Below are positions 38,246 through 48,066 of a DNA stretch of 64,000 nt, one piece after another. Position numbers and translations under genes: made by a program. The DNA is taken from the IMG/VR virus record IMGVR_UViG_3300045988_176682; one strand, written 5' to 3'. Every line of letters begins with the position of its first letter. Within the stretch, counting starts at the first letter, position 1. The notes below the pieces were generated by a model. It was given only the letters and a program-made list of their open reading frames with translations, had not been told where the DNA came from and made no database searches. Origin of the DNA: a virus.

Positions 38246-38954
38246 GATGAAAACCAACGGCAAATATAGAGCAGCTATTTATATCCCTTTCTTTACGGGA
38301 TTTTATGGTACAGTTTTCGAATCCGATGATGATATAGTTAGCACTATCTTTACAGAGGATATAAAAGAGCGCTTAGAAATCAAAAACCTTAATGATGACA
38401 AATTGGAAGATGCTATCGAAAGGGTTTCGGTTTGGGATTATTTCGATAATAAAGAATATGAGAAAGATATCGGAGAGCAGTTCGTTTATTGGTTAAACAA
38501 TGAGATTTCCGATATTGAAATCTTAAAAGGTTTCGGATTTGAATATGAATCGATTCATCATCCAAAAGAATATAATTTTACAACAGATAAAATCGAGGGC
38601 TACTTAAACGTCCCGGCCGGAGGGATTGACCGAATTATAAAAGAAATCGAAAGCGATGAAGATTTCGATGAATATTGCAAGGAAAATTTCTCTTCCTATT
38701 CTGGTTTTGTTTCCTTTATTCCAAATAATAAAAAAGATTTTTTGGAAACCTTAAAGGAATATGTGAAATGTGATGATGAAGTCAATTTTAGTCGAAATTT
38801 CAGTCTTATGGTTAGGTATCTTATTGAAAGGGAATTATCTGAACGTGATATTGAGAATATAACCCAGAATACCTTAGAAAACGTTTGGGAGGGAAATTAT
38901 TGTAACAGGGATGGTTACGATAATGAATTGATAACGGTTTATAATCACTTATAA
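38223..38954 (+). CDS. Hypothetical acidic protein
   Basis: 243-aa ORF. Likely start at 38247 (MKTNGKY). Confidence 0.5.
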   Translation: MRKMRRNKMKTNGKYRAAIYIPFFTGFYGTVFESDDDIVSTIFTEDIKERLEIKNLNDDKLEDAIERVSVWDYFDNKEYEKDIGEQFVYWLNNEISDIEILKGFGFEYESIHHPKEYNFTTDKIEGYLNVPAGGIDRIIKEIESDEDFDEYCKENFSSYSGFVSFIPNNKKDFLETLKEYVKCDDEVNFSRNFSLMVRYLIERELSERDIENITQNTLENVWEGNYCNRDGYDNELITVYNHL

Positions 38955-38975
38955 CATCTGATAGGGAGAAGAAAA

Positions 38976-39221
38976 ATGATAATGTATGAATTAATACCAA
39001 CAAACGGAAGAAAAAGTTTTAATAAAAAAGCTTTGGTTTTGGAAGAATCAGACGGTAAGGTTTTGCTTAGTTATGGAACCAGAATTATGAAAATTTTTGA
39101 TAATGGTTTCATAGTGAGATATTGGGATGGTTGGATAACCACAACCGGAACGCATATTAAATCATTTTCGGGGCTCAATAAAAAGGAATTTTTGGAATTA
39201 CCATTAATGGAGGATTTTTAA
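38976..39221 (+). CDS. Hypothetical protein
   Basis: 81-aa ORF with RBS GGGAGAAG. Confidence 0.5.
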   Translation: MIMYELIPTNGRKSFNKKALVLEESDGKVLLSYGTRIMKIFDNGFIVRYWDGWITTTGTHIKSFSGLNKKEFLELPLMEDF

Positions 39222-39222
39222 G

Positions 39223-39591
39223 ATGAGAATAAAAGTTATTAAAAAAGACGGCAAGCCCGTCGCTGTTCGCGCCGCTGAGGTTAACGGCCGCGTTATCAAT
39301 ATTGCGCTGAAAGATGAGTCTAATTGTTTGAATTGGTATAATGCCCTTGAAAAGGGTATTCCGTCACTGGCGGAATGGCTGGCAATCTCAGAGAATTTTG
39401 AGGCGGTAAACAAAGCCCTGAAACGTGCAGGTGGCGAGCCTTTAAAAGATGAATATTACTGGTCTTCGTCCGAGTACGGCTACAACTACGACTACCACGC
39501 GTGGGTCGTCAGACCGTCCGGCGGCGGCATGGACTACGGCCATAAGAATACCAGTACCCGCGTTCGTTGTGTTTTTATTGAAGAAAAATAA
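39223..39591 (+). CDS. DUF1566 (Lcl C-terminal-like) domain protein
   Basis: YYWSSSEYGYNYDYHAWVVRPSGGGMDYGHKNTSTRVRCV matches the DUF1566 C-terminal signature. Confidence 0.55.
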   Translation: MRIKVIKKDGKPVAVRAAEVNGRVINIALKDESNCLNWYNALEKGIPSLAEWLAISENFEAVNKALKRAGGEPLKDEYYWSSSEYGYNYDYHAWVVRPSGGGMDYGHKNTSTRVRCVFIEEK

Positions 39592-39679
39592 AAAAGATAT
39601 ATACATCTATAGAACAAATTAATTGATTCTTAAACTTTTTCGTGATAGGACATAATAAGACATATAAAGGAGATTTCTT

Positions 39680-40099
39680 ATGGAAGAAAATGAAAAAATT
39701 TTATCAGGACTGACAGCAGCTTTGAAGTCCGGATATAAATATTTCTATGTTCCGGTTCCAGACGATTTTAGCTATAGTAGCATATATGGAAGAGTTAAAA
39801 CTATCGCTAAAGAAATAGGAATTGAAGTAAAGGTAAGATCGAGAATTATTTTAGACGGGGATACCAAAACCTATTCTAAAATAGCTATCGTTGAAGTATC
39901 GGGAATTGATGATAAATATGTTAAAAAGGAAATTGATAAACAGAAAAAGAAAAAAGATGACCTAGAAAAGAGAGTCGGGTTAATTTGGGAACTTAGAGAT
40001 AAAGGATACAATTATCGGGAAATTGCGGACAAGTTACATTATAAGTCTCCCGCCTCTGTTATGTATATTTTAAGAAAGGCGCTAAAGTATGGCTTATAA
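39680..40099 (+). CDS. HTH (sigma-70 region 4 / LuxR-like) DNA-binding protein
   Basis: C-terminal GYNYREIADKLHYKSPASVMYILRKALK. Confidence 0.5.
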   Translation: MEENEKILSGLTAALKSGYKYFYVPVPDDFSYSSIYGRVKTIAKEIGIEVKVRSRIILDGDTKTYSKIAIVEVSGIDDKYVKKEIDKQKKKKDDLEKRVGLIWELRDKGYNYREIADKLHYKSPASVMYILRKALKYGL

Positions 40100-40502
40100 A
40101 GAAATTGATAAAGAAACCCGGCATGCGATTGAGATGTTAAAGGGTTGCAAATCCGAGACCTTTATCGCCAAACATTTTAATGTATCAGTCCCAACCGTGA
40201 GAAAAATCCACGGGAAAGATAAAAATAAAAAGAAAGTTATATTAACTCCGGAGCAGGTCGAAGCTTTGAAAAAGGCCAGAGACCATATCCGGGCATTGAG
40301 AAAATACGGAACCGAAAGGTATAATGAATTGGCATCTATGCAAGTTTGGGAGACCGAACTCCCGGATGTTAATGTTGTCCTTTTGGAAGGATATCATCGT
40401 TGGAACCTTTATGACCGTAAAGGTGTATTGAGAAACGGTCTTAAATTGACCGATAAATTGAAAGATTGTTCTAATTTCAGAGAAGTAATGGAGGTGTTAT
40501 GA
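40089..40502 (+). CDS. HTH DNA-binding protein
   Basis: N-terminal TFIAKHFNVSVPTVRKI HTH-like segment. Confidence 0.45.
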   Translation: MAYKEIDKETRHAIEMLKGCKSETFIAKHFNVSVPTVRKIHGKDKNKKKVILTPEQVEALKKARDHIRALRKYGTERYNELASMQVWETELPDVNVVLLEGYHRWNLYDRKGVLRNGLKLTDKLKDCSNFREVMEVL

Positions 40503-41068
40503 AAATAGATATGGACTCCCTTAGAAAAGGGGACGTACTAAAATTTGAAAATGGAGAGGAAGCCAAGATTGAAAGCATTGCTTTCCGGATGGACGATAAG
40601 AAATATTATATCGATCTTGGGACGAAAGTTGCTTTCCGTTTCGATAGCGAGGGTAAATGCGAATTTCCGGCATATAATATTTCGGAAGCCGTTTTGGTTG
40701 AAACCGAAGATGATAAAATAACTTATTACGTCCCCAATATCTTTTGGCAGTTAACCCCGGTAGTCTCTATTACCGTGAAAGGAGCCAAGAAACCTCTCAA
40801 ACAAACGATTGTAAAGTCCATTTTTGAGTTGGATGGATTGGGTCCTTTCTATCATGGAGAGATTATAAAAGCCGAAATCCTGCCCGTAGTTTACGCTGAG
40901 CTTCGTAAATGTAAGGGAAGAGATGTCTCTATACTTAAAACAGAAAAAATCTTCTGTAAGGACGAAAAAGAGGCCGTAAAAACGGTCGAGACTTTTAAGG
41001 AAAAATATCTGGTAGCCGCAGAGGAGAAATCAAATGATGACACCGGAAGCGAAGTTAAAACAATTTGA
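40499..41068 (+). CDS. Hypothetical protein
   Basis: 189-aa ORF. Confidence 0.5.
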   Translation: MKIDMDSLRKGDVLKFENGEEAKIESIAFRMDDKKYYIDLGTKVAFRFDSEGKCEFPAYNISEAVLVETEDDKITYYVPNIFWQLTPVVSITVKGAKKPLKQTIVKSIFELDGLGPFYHGEIIKAEILPVVYAELRKCKGRDVSILKTEKIFCKDEKEAVKTVETFKEKYLVAAEEKSNDDTGSEVKTI

Positions 41069-41291
41069 GGACGTTTATGGTAAAATCGACTTTTGTAATT
41101 TGTTGCAAATACCTGATGATATAAAAAAGATTGCCAAATTGGCTGAGGAAAATAGGTTGTTTCAGGTATATGTGAGGAAAGAACATCTGATAATCACTAC
41201 CGAGTTTCAGACCAGGATAGAGGCTCTTGGATTTTTTGCCTCTTCCAAAGCATACGAAGCTCCGGAAACGATAATGATTCATTTACAGTGA
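41034..41291 (+). CDS. Hypothetical protein
   Basis: 85-aa ORF. Confidence 0.45.
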   Translation: MMTPEAKLKQFEDVYGKIDFCNLLQIPDDIKKIAKLAEENRLFQVYVRKEHLIITTEFQTRIEALGFFASSKAYEAPETIMIHLQ

Positions 41292-41300
41292 GGAGTAAAG

Positions 41301-41471
41301 AATGAAAAAATCTTTGAAGGTAAAGGAACTAAGGAAATATTTGGAAACAATGGACGAAGACGCTCAGGTTATTGTCCAGACCAGATATGGGAAAGTTTCT
41401 ATCGGATTAATCCGAGAGGGTGTCAAGGATGAAAAGAATTATGTAATTCTTGATGTAGTTTATGATAATTA
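41301..41471 (+). CDS. Hypothetical small protein (56 aa)
   Basis: ORF with RBS GAGGAG. Below the ORF-track size cutoff. Confidence 0.35.
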
Positions 41472-41740
41472 AGGAGATTAAAATGAAAGATGATATGGAA
41501 GCTATTAAAAAAACTCTTGTTGGACTTGAAGGATTGCCTCTTCTCGATTTCTGCTTTAATAATTACATTATTGCTTTTAAGTCTGGTTTTGGGGATTATC
41601 TCGTTTTATGTAATTCATTCTCTATGGAGGTATCTGAAAAAACAGCTCAGAAGATTTATAAAGTTCAAGAAGATTATTATAAAGACATGAAAGCTCAAAA
41701 CTGGGCTAAGGGTCAATTTGGAAATGCAGGAGATGATTGA
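41462..41740 (+). CDS. Hypothetical protein
   Basis: 92-aa ORF. Confidence 0.45.
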   Translation: MIIKEIKMKDDMEAIKKTLVGLEGLPLLDFCFNNYIIAFKSGFGDYLVLCNSFSMEVSEKTAQKIYKVQEDYYKDMKAQNWAKGQFGNAGDD

Positions 41741-42027
41741 TGGCTTGTTGGTATCCTAAAAGAGAAGAAAAGAATATTCTTGATTTATTGTTGAATGACA
41801 ACAGATACCGTAAGGTTCTTTTGAAAATAAAAGAAATGAAAAATCCGAGAGATTCTTATTTGAGATTTATTTCAAACAATATGGATTGGATTTATTCTGA
41901 AATGAAGAAAGAGTTTGAAAGTCATTTCTACCGGCTGTGTCTTCCTTTCGTTAAATTGATACTAAAGATAAAAACTTTGATGGAGAAAATAATTGAGAAA
42001 GTCAACAATCGAAAGAAAAATTCTTGA
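41737..42027 (+). CDS. Hypothetical protein
   Basis: 96-aa ORF. Confidence 0.45.
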   Translation: MMACWYPKREEKNILDLLLNDNRYRKVLLKIKEMKNPRDSYLRFISNNMDWIYSEMKKEFESHFYRLCLPFVKLILKIKTLMEKIIEKVNNRKKNS

Positions 42028-42397
42028 CACCCTAGCAGTCTACCGGAAGTGGCAGAAAGAAAAATTCCCTCTTCAAAAAGAACAAGGCTGGTTGTGTAAG
42101 GTAAACGAAGAATTTAAAGAATTTTATGCCGAAACCAAGAAAAGAAATAAGGACATTAACCTTATTATGGAGGAAGCTGCGGATTATTTGTTTGTTTTAC
42201 AGGGTCTCAAGGATTATTCCCCGGATTTGGCCAAACATCTGGAGAGTATTTTCTTTCTGGCTTATTCAAAGCTTCTTTTCAAGGAAGAATTTGTAACCAT
42301 CATGGAAATGAAATTTACTTATAATCAAACAAGGGATTTTAAATTTGTTCCACTTCCGGAAGGAGACGGGATTTATAAAGGAGACCACCATGGCTAA
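41993..42397 (+). CDS. Hypothetical protein, possibly MazG-like NTP pyrophosphohydrolase fold
   Basis: EEFKEFYAE...MEEAADYLFVLQGL resembles the MazG EExxD motif. Weak. Confidence 0.35.
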   Translation: MRKSTIERKILDTLAVYRKWQKEKFPLQKEQGWLCKVNEEFKEFYAETKKRNKDINLIMEEAADYLFVLQGLKDYSPDLAKHLESIFFLAYSKLLFKEEFVTIMEMKFTYNQTRDFKFVPLPEGDGIYKGDHHG

Positions 42398-43004
42398 AAT
42401 ATTTTGGTTAGATTTGGAAACCGGAGGAGTTGATAAAAAGATAAATCCGGTATTGCAAATATCCGGTCAAATAGAAATCGACGGAGAAGTGAAAGAAAGT
42501 TTTAACTATTTTGTTAAACCCTTTGACGGACAGGTAATTGACCCCGAGGCTTTGGCTGTATCCCATATTAATCCTGAGGATTTGGTAACATTTGAGGAAC
42601 CGAGACAGGTATTGAATGCCATTAAAAGGATGATGGATAATTATGTCAGCTTTTGGGATAAGACCGATAAATTTCATTTGCATGGTTATAATTCCAGATT
42701 TGATGAGGATTTCTTTCGGGAGTTCTTCAAAAATTGCTCTACAACAGAAAAAGAGTACAAATACGGAAATGGTTTCGGTTCTTATTTTTGGACACCCTCT
42801 ATTGATGTAATGCAAATTGCGGCCAGGGAATTAATGGAAAGGAGGGGAGAGCTTCTTCTCACTAACTTTAAGCTTAAAACAGTCTGCGAAGCTTTTGGTA
42901 TCGGAGAGGATTTTAACTGGCATGATGCTTCGGTAGATATTGAAGCAACCAAACAATTATATAAAGTTTTAACGGCGGGAGAAAAGAATGGGAGAAGTGA
43001 TTGA
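42390..43004 (+). CDS. DEDDh 3'-5' exonuclease (DnaQ/epsilon-like)
   Basis: Exo I FWLDLETGG, Exo II HGYNSRFDEDFF, Exo III HDASVDIEAT. Confidence 0.7.
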   Translation: MAKIFWLDLETGGVDKKINPVLQISGQIEIDGEVKESFNYFVKPFDGQVIDPEALAVSHINPEDLVTFEEPRQVLNAIKRMMDNYVSFWDKTDKFHLHGYNSRFDEDFFREFFKNCSTTEKEYKYGNGFGSYFWTPSIDVMQIAARELMERRGELLLTNFKLKTVCEAFGIGEDFNWHDASVDIEATKQLYKVLTAGEKNGRSD

Positions 43005-43182
43005 TTTTTATAAGTCTCTTGACATTATCAAAAATAAATGTAAAATGAGGACAATATCGGACATTATAAGACAAAAAGAAATTTCTGTTGAAGCTGAAAA
43101 CAAATTAAAAAACCAGTTAGTGTCTGATGCCAATAAATTTTGTTTGATGCTAGGGATATGTAATGGAAAAAATACCAATTAG
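42988..43182 (+). CDS. Hypothetical protein
   Basis: 64-aa ORF. Confidence 0.4.
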   Translation: MGEVIDFYKSLDIIKNKCKMRTISDIIRQKEISVEAENKLKNQLVSDANKFCLMLGICNGKNTN

Positions 43183-43630
43183 CTATTGGGGAATACACGA
43201 ATTAGAGGGGGTTAAATTCTATCTTGAACCAGGAACGGTAGATGATGATTTTTGCCCCTTCCATCCAGTACGAAACATAGTTGAGTGTCCCCATAGAGGA
43301 CTGTCTGAAAAGACTACCAGAAATTGGTATAAAGCGGCCTACATTCGTTCTGATACGATGAAAGCTGACAAATGTTTGGAAATGGTCCCGGAAGGATTAA
43401 TTTTAGATGATAAAACGTTTACATTTTTTCATGCAAAATTAATGCCGGGGCGGAGCTTTCTTTTGAAAGCATTAAGAATGACAAATGCACTTCCCGTTTT
43501 TATTTACGGGATAGATATGGGAACTGATATGGATAAGTTGCTGCCTTTTACACAGCTTCAATATCCAAGACCCATTTATTTTTGCGGAGACCCATATGTT
43601 CCGGTTCCTCCGTATATTAAAATAATTTAA
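43163..43630 (+). CDS. Hypothetical protein
   Basis: 155-aa ORF. Confidence 0.5.
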   Translation: MEKIPISYWGIHELEGVKFYLEPGTVDDDFCPFHPVRNIVECPHRGLSEKTTRNWYKAAYIRSDTMKADKCLEMVPEGLILDDKTFTFFHAKLMPGRSFLLKALRMTNALPVFIYGIDMGTDMDKLLPFTQLQYPRPIYFCGDPYVPVPPYIKII

Positions 43631-43644
43631 GAGGGAGAAAATCA

Positions 43645-43995
43645 ATGGATAACGTAGCTTTATTGAATACTTACATGCAGCTCAAAAGAGAAGAGCTTGC
43701 GGCCAAAGAAAAAAGACTTGAAATCGAGCAGGAATTGCTGGAACTTTATGGAGATAATGTAGCTGAGGACAGAGTATCGGCAACCATTACCGAAGGAAAT
43801 TTCCAGATTAAAATTAAAAGAAACATCAAATATACCTGTAATGAGAAAGGTTGGGAGTTTATCGAATCTCTTCCGGCTGACCTCCGTCCGGTAAAAATTG
43901 AATTAGACCAGACAAAGGCTAAGAAAATGCAATGTATGGCCCAATATCTGGAACAGCATGAAACAAAACCGACTTTCGAAGTTGTAATCAAATAA
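43645..43995 (+). CDS. Hypothetical protein
   Basis: 116-aa ORF with RBS GAGGGAGAA. Confidence 0.5.
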   Translation: MDNVALLNTYMQLKREELAAKEKRLEIEQELLELYGDNVAEDRVSATITEGNFQIKIKRNIKYTCNEKGWEFIESLPADLRPVKIELDQTKAKKMQCMAQYLEQHETKPTFEVVIK

Positions 43996-44005
43996 GGAGA
44001 TAAAG

Positions 44006-44311
44006 ATGTCTTATTCAGTAGAAGATGTAAGAGAAATAATATCTAAAATGGATATTGTTGAATCAACCGAAACACCAGGTTTATTGAAGCAAGCCAGAGA
44101 GGATATTTATATTGGTAATTTTGGTGATGATGAATTTACAAAACATTTTGTTGCCAATCTTCCAAACTTCTATCTTTATCTTAAAAAAATTGTAAATGGA
44201 AAATCGGAAGATGTTCTCGAAGATGCGAAAGAGTTTCTTAATCATTTTGAAAATATGGCTAAGGAGCAGCTTTCTACTTCGGATTTTGTAAACCTTTTGA
44301 AAAAAGAATAA
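44006..44311 (+). CDS. Hypothetical protein
   Basis: 101-aa ORF with RBS AAGGAGA. Confidence 0.5.
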   Translation: MSYSVEDVREIISKMDIVESTETPGLLKQAREDIYIGNFGDDEFTKHFVANLPNFYLYLKKIVNGKSEDVLEDAKEFLNHFENMAKEQLSTSDFVNLLKKE

Positions 44312-44333
44312 TATCAAAACAGGCGGCGGTAAA

Positions 44334-45671
44334 ATGTTAGAGAATTTTAGTTTAAGACCATATCAATCAGCCCAGTTGGGTTTTCATATTCAGCAGGTAA
44401 GAAGCCTTAATCTGTCCTCTCCAGGCACGGGAAAAACTCCCACTGCTTGTTTGTTTATCAATTATCTGGTAAGAAATGAGGGGGTTAAGGTAGCCTTTGT
44501 TATGCCTAAATCTCTTCTTAAGAAAAACTACAGTGAACTTTTTAACTTCGCTGATTTCAAAGAAGAAGAGGTCGCGATTGTGACTGGAACTCCACAAAAA
44601 AGACAGAAAATATACAAGGACCCTAATGTCAAAGTATTTTTGATGGGATTTGACATGTTTTCTAAAGAATGGGGGAAACTTCCATATGAAACTAATGGCC
44701 TGGTTGTCGATGAATTTCATATGGGATATAAGACGGATAGTTCGGCCAGAACTCAATCCTTTTATAAGTCGATGAAAGTTATTAAATGGTTTCTGGGGAT
44801 GACCGGAACTCTTATCGATGGAAGATTGGATTCAGCCTATCCGGCCATTCGGGTTATTAATCCGAATTATTATATGAGTTATAATTCTTTTAAGGCTATG
44901 CACGCTTTGTATGATTGGGATGGTCAATTAATCGGATGGATAAACCACGACCGTTTGGCTAGAATTTTGAGCAAGCATGCTGTGGCCATTAAATTCGAGG
45001 AAGCATATAAGAACTCGCCCAAGCCAATTATTATATCTCAAGAGTGTGAAATTATGAATCAGAAACAGAAAAAAGCTTATAAAGAGATGGAAGAAATGGC
45101 TTTGGTTGAGTTGGAAGACGGTTATTTGGAAGCTCACGGTTCCGGAGGTGTAAAGCAATTAAGATGCCGACAGATTTTGGAAGCTCCGGAAAGTGTACTT
45201 CCCGGTTTCAAAGGAGAGCTCGGAAAAGATGAAGCCTTAAAAGTTCATCTTGAAGATGCCAAGAATAGCGGAAAACCTCTTTTAATCTTTTCAGTATTTC
45301 GAGCTGAACAAGACCGGTTAAAGAAGCTCTGCGAGGAATATGGATTTAAAACGGAGCTGATGAATGGAGACACTTCGGATAAAAACCGAGCAAGAATTGA
45401 CAGCGAATTTAGAGAAGGAAAGATTGATATTGTAATCGGTTCTCCGGAAGTTATGTCTGTTGGCTTTAACTGGCAGCATGTTGATACGGTTATCTTTGTC
45501 AGTATGGATTATAAAGATAGTAATTTCAAACAAGCTATGCAGAGAGCCGACAGAGGAACGAGAAAATATCCTTTGAGAGTAATCCGTCTTTATTATGGCG
45601 TAGCGGTTGAACACCGTCTATGGCAAATTATCAAACGTAAACAAGAAGATGTTAAGAAAGTAGGGTGGTAA
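44334..45671 (+). CDS. SF2 helicase (SNF2/DEAD-like, phage-type)
   Basis: Motif I SPGTGKT, motif II VVDEFH, and a C-terminal helicase domain. Confidence 0.7.
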   Translation: MLENFSLRPYQSAQLGFHIQQVRSLNLSSPGTGKTPTACLFINYLVRNEGVKVAFVMPKSLLKKNYSELFNFADFKEEEVAIVTGTPQKRQKIYKDPNVKVFLMGFDMFSKEWGKLPYETNGLVVDEFHMGYKTDSSARTQSFYKSMKVIKWFLGMTGTLIDGRLDSAYPAIRVINPNYYMSYNSFKAMHALYDWDGQLIGWINHDRLARILSKHAVAIKFEEAYKNSPKPIIISQECEIMNQKQKKAYKEMEEMALVELEDGYLEAHGSGGVKQLRCRQILEAPESVLPGFKGELGKDEALKVHLEDAKNSGKPLLIFSVFRAEQDRLKKLCEEYGFKTELMNGDTSDKNRARIDSEFREGKIDIVIGSPEVMSVGFNWQHVDTVIFVSMDYKDSNFKQAMQRADRGTRKYPLRVIRLYYGVAVEHRLWQIIKRKQEDVKKVGW

Positions 45672-45672
45672 A

Positions 45673-46008
45673 ATGATTAATGCTAAAGAAGAATTAGAAA
45701 AAAAGCTAAAAGAAATTGGAAAGACAATTAAAGATATTTATTGGATTCAGATTTATACGGAAGACTGGGTAAAAAATTCTTTAAGAAAAAAATCCTTATT
45801 GGATTCTGATATTTCTCAGGAAATAGAATCTAATTGGGATAATCTAGATTTCACCTATGATAATGGTTTTGGGGGCCAGGAGCTTTATGGAACAGTTATC
45901 TTCAAAGATGAATCTTGGCTAGAGAGGGGTGAATATGATGGGTCTGAATGGTGGAACTATAAGAAATTACCTGAATATAAAAAAGGAGCTTATTTAGATG
46001 AAATTTGA
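45673..46008 (+). CDS. Hypothetical protein
   Basis: 111-aa ORF. Confidence 0.5.
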   Translation: MINAKEELEKKLKEIGKTIKDIYWIQIYTEDWVKNSLRKKSLLDSDISQEIESNWDNLDFTYDNGFGGQELYGTVIFKDESWLERGEYDGSEWWNYKKLPEYKKGAYLDEI

Positions 46009-46213
46009 AGAAGTAATGCCATATATGCGAGAAGGTAAAAAGGTTATCCGAAAATCTCTTTCACATCCTATCTTCATATCTGATTATACAAATAGCTTTG
46101 GGGAGACTTACAAGGCCTTTTGTTTTCATGGTGATAAATATATAAATTATTATGAAATTACTCAGAATGATTTATTTGCGGAAGATTGGGAAGTAATTGG
46201 TAGGGTTGATTAG
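45998..46213 (+). CDS. DUF2829-family protein (Tad2-like candidate anti-defence protein)
   Basis: MKFEEVMPYMREGKKVIRKS...DLFAEDWEVIG matches the DUF2829 N-terminal M.FxEALxxxxxGKKVxRxxW and C-terminal DWEV. Confidence 0.5.
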   Translation: MKFEEVMPYMREGKKVIRKSLSHPIFISDYTNSFGETYKAFCFHGDKYINYYEITQNDLFAEDWEVIGRVD

Positions 46214-46272
46214 TAACAAAATACAAGCTAATCAAGTAGCTGATATTAAAATACAAGAAAGAGGATGATAAG

Positions 46273-46683
46273 ATGACTTTAAAGAAAGAATGGAAGAATA
46301 AAACTCTTGATACAGATAAAATGTATTGGGTTTTATTTAAGGATTGTAAATCTCCGGAGGTTAGAAAACTAAACCAAAACTGTCAATTTATCGATAAATA
46401 TGGTTTTCCCATTAGTCCAGTAAGGATTATAGACGTTTTGGATGTTTGCGATTATGACCAGTTTGTTGAGCTTAAAGAAAAGTTAAAACAACTAGAAGAA
46501 ACCGCCGCAAAAGCAACAGAAATCGCTCAGGCTGCCAGTAAGGACAACGAACATTTGCGAGAATTGCTTAGGGAAAGTAGAGGTAGTGTATGGCTTGAAC
46601 GTGAAAACGACGGCTCCTTGGGAAATACCGTATGGGATAGATTAACTAAACTTTTAGACGAGATAGATGAGGCATTGAAATGA
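46273..46683 (+). CDS. Hypothetical coiled-coil protein (paralogue of 46867..47277)
   Basis: Shares N-terminal W-K-x-x-T-L...YW and C-terminal ...LDEIDEALK with the next-but-one gene. Confidence 0.5.
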   Translation: MTLKKEWKNKTLDTDKMYWVLFKDCKSPEVRKLNQNCQFIDKYGFPISPVRIIDVLDVCDYDQFVELKEKLKQLEETAAKATEIAQAASKDNEHLRELLRESRGSVWLERENDGSLGNTVWDRLTKLLDEIDEALK

Positions 46684-46895
46684 AAAACCTGTTACACGCT
46701 TTTGCTCCTTTAATGGCTATTACTGCCGTTTATGACGGCTTGTATGAGGGTAATTTATCACCCAAGGTAGTTGATACTCCACAAAGTGAAGAAAGTATTG
46801 CAGCGTACAAAAAAGCTGCTGAGGAAAAGAGAAAACGTAGAGCAGAAAAAAGGAAGGAAAAAAGCAATGAAAAGAGTAATGAATTTAACAGATAA
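46680..46895 (+). CDS. Hypothetical protein with basic C-terminus
   Basis: 71-aa ORF, ATGA-coupled. Confidence 0.4.
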   Translation: MKNLLHAFAPLMAITAVYDGLYEGNLSPKVVDTPQSEESIAAYKKAAEEKRKRRAEKRKEKSNEKSNEFNR

Positions 46896-47277
46896 TTGGA
46901 AACATGGAACACTCCCTCCAGGTTACTATTGGGTTAGAGATAAAGACGGAAAGGTTAGAATTAGTAGATTAACCAGATGGGTTAGTTCTCGTAACGAATT
47001 TCTCGAATTGCATTTTGAGGGAGAGGAATATATTGAAGAAGTTTTATTATCTTGTAATTATGACAAGATTGATAATATGAAAAATACCATAAGTTTTCTT
47101 GAGAGAAGAATCACAGAAGTAAAGGAGGAGAATAAACAACTCCAGCAGCTGCTAGAAAAATGTAGACCATATGTTGACAAATATTTTGAGGAACAAACCA
47201 TAGCAGAAAATTATGACAAATTAAGATGGCAAGAACCTTTGCAAATTTTAGAAGAACTTGATGAGGCGCTGAAATGA
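46867..47277 (+). CDS. Hypothetical coiled-coil protein (paralogue of 46273..46683)
   Basis: C-terminal ...ILEELDEALK. Start chosen at the internal ATG at 46867. Confidence 0.45.
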   Translation: MKRVMNLTDNWKHGTLPPGYYWVRDKDGKVRISRLTRWVSSRNEFLELHFEGEEYIEEVLLSCNYDKIDNMKNTISFLERRITEVKEENKQLQQLLEKCRPYVDKYFEEQTIAENYDKLRWQEPLQILEELDEALK

Positions 47278-47414
47278 CTTTTACTATTCCAGTTTGGGCG
47301 ATGTGGACAATCGGTTTTATTGTCGGCATCCCGGCTCTAGTTTTTATCCTGTTTTGTGCTTGGGTTGGATATGCCTTTCTAAAAGGTGTTATTGAAAATG
47401 GAGGATTTTATAAA
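47274..47414 (+). CDS. Small membrane protein (47 aa, two predicted TM segments)
   Basis: MTFTIPVWAMWTIGFIVGIPALVFILFCAWVGYAFLKG. ATGA-coupled. Confidence 0.4.
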
Positions 47415-47635
47415 TGAATGCAGAGAAAATAGAAGTCGGCGATGTGTGGAAAAATAAATATGATGGTTCTTTATGTCATATTATTTCTGTTAAAAAGGAT
47501 GAGGTTACCTATTTTTGTAAAAAAGATATGGAAATATGGATAAGTAGTATTCCTCACTTTTGGTTTTTAGGGTGGTGTAAATTAGTGGGTAAAAGCAAAG
47601 TTGGAATTGAAGATTTGTTTAAAATGGAGGAATGA
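47414..47635 (+). CDS. Small conserved protein (paralogue A of 48474..48686)
   Basis: EVGDVWKNK...KLVGKSKVGIEDLFKMEE versus EVGDVWQRK...KYLGKSKASIKDLFEVE. Confidence 0.55.
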   Translation: MNAEKIEVGDVWKNKYDGSLCHIISVKKDEVTYFCKKDMEIWISSIPHFWFLGWCKLVGKSKVGIEDLFKMEE

Positions 47636-48066
47636 TGAAATTAAAATATCTCTATAAAGGAACGACCTTAAGAAAATACTGTAAAGAACATAACCTTAAT
47701 TATGACACAGTTGTAAAAAGAATAAAAAACAAAAAGATGTCTATTGAACAAGCTATGACCACACCTAAAATGAATAAGAGTTATTTATTGTGTTCAGATG
47801 GTGTCCCTTTAATTAAGAAATGTAATACTATTTCTGAATATAGAGCTTGTCTCTGGAGAATTAAAAACTATAACAAAACAGTAGATGAAAGTTTAACCCC
47901 TATCAATAAAGGTAGAGCAAGAGCCATTCATTTTCATAATGGCAAATCCTTTCGTGAGCTGTGTGAAACATATCAACAATACAGAAGAGCTATCCAAAGA
48001 TATAGAAATGGACACTCTAAAAAAGTTTCGTTGTTTGGTAATAAATGGGATTTAATCTATGGCTAA
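47632..48066 (+). CDS. Hypothetical protein with two HTH-like repeats
   Basis: TTLRKYCKEHNLNYDTVVKRIKNKKMSIEQAM and KSFRELCETYQQYRRAIQRYRNG. Confidence 0.45.
   Translation: MMKLKYLYKGTTLRKYCKEHNLNYDTVVKRIKNKKMSIEQAMTTPKMNKSYLLCSDGVPLIKKCNTISEYRACLWRIKNYNKTVDESLTPINKGRARAIHFHNGKSFRELCETYQQYRRAIQRYRNGHSKKVSLFGNKWDLIYG

Noticed and set aside
41490-41690. 66-aa ORF overlapping 41462..41740 in another frame
   Set aside because: Fully nested in a longer ORF that has better start context.
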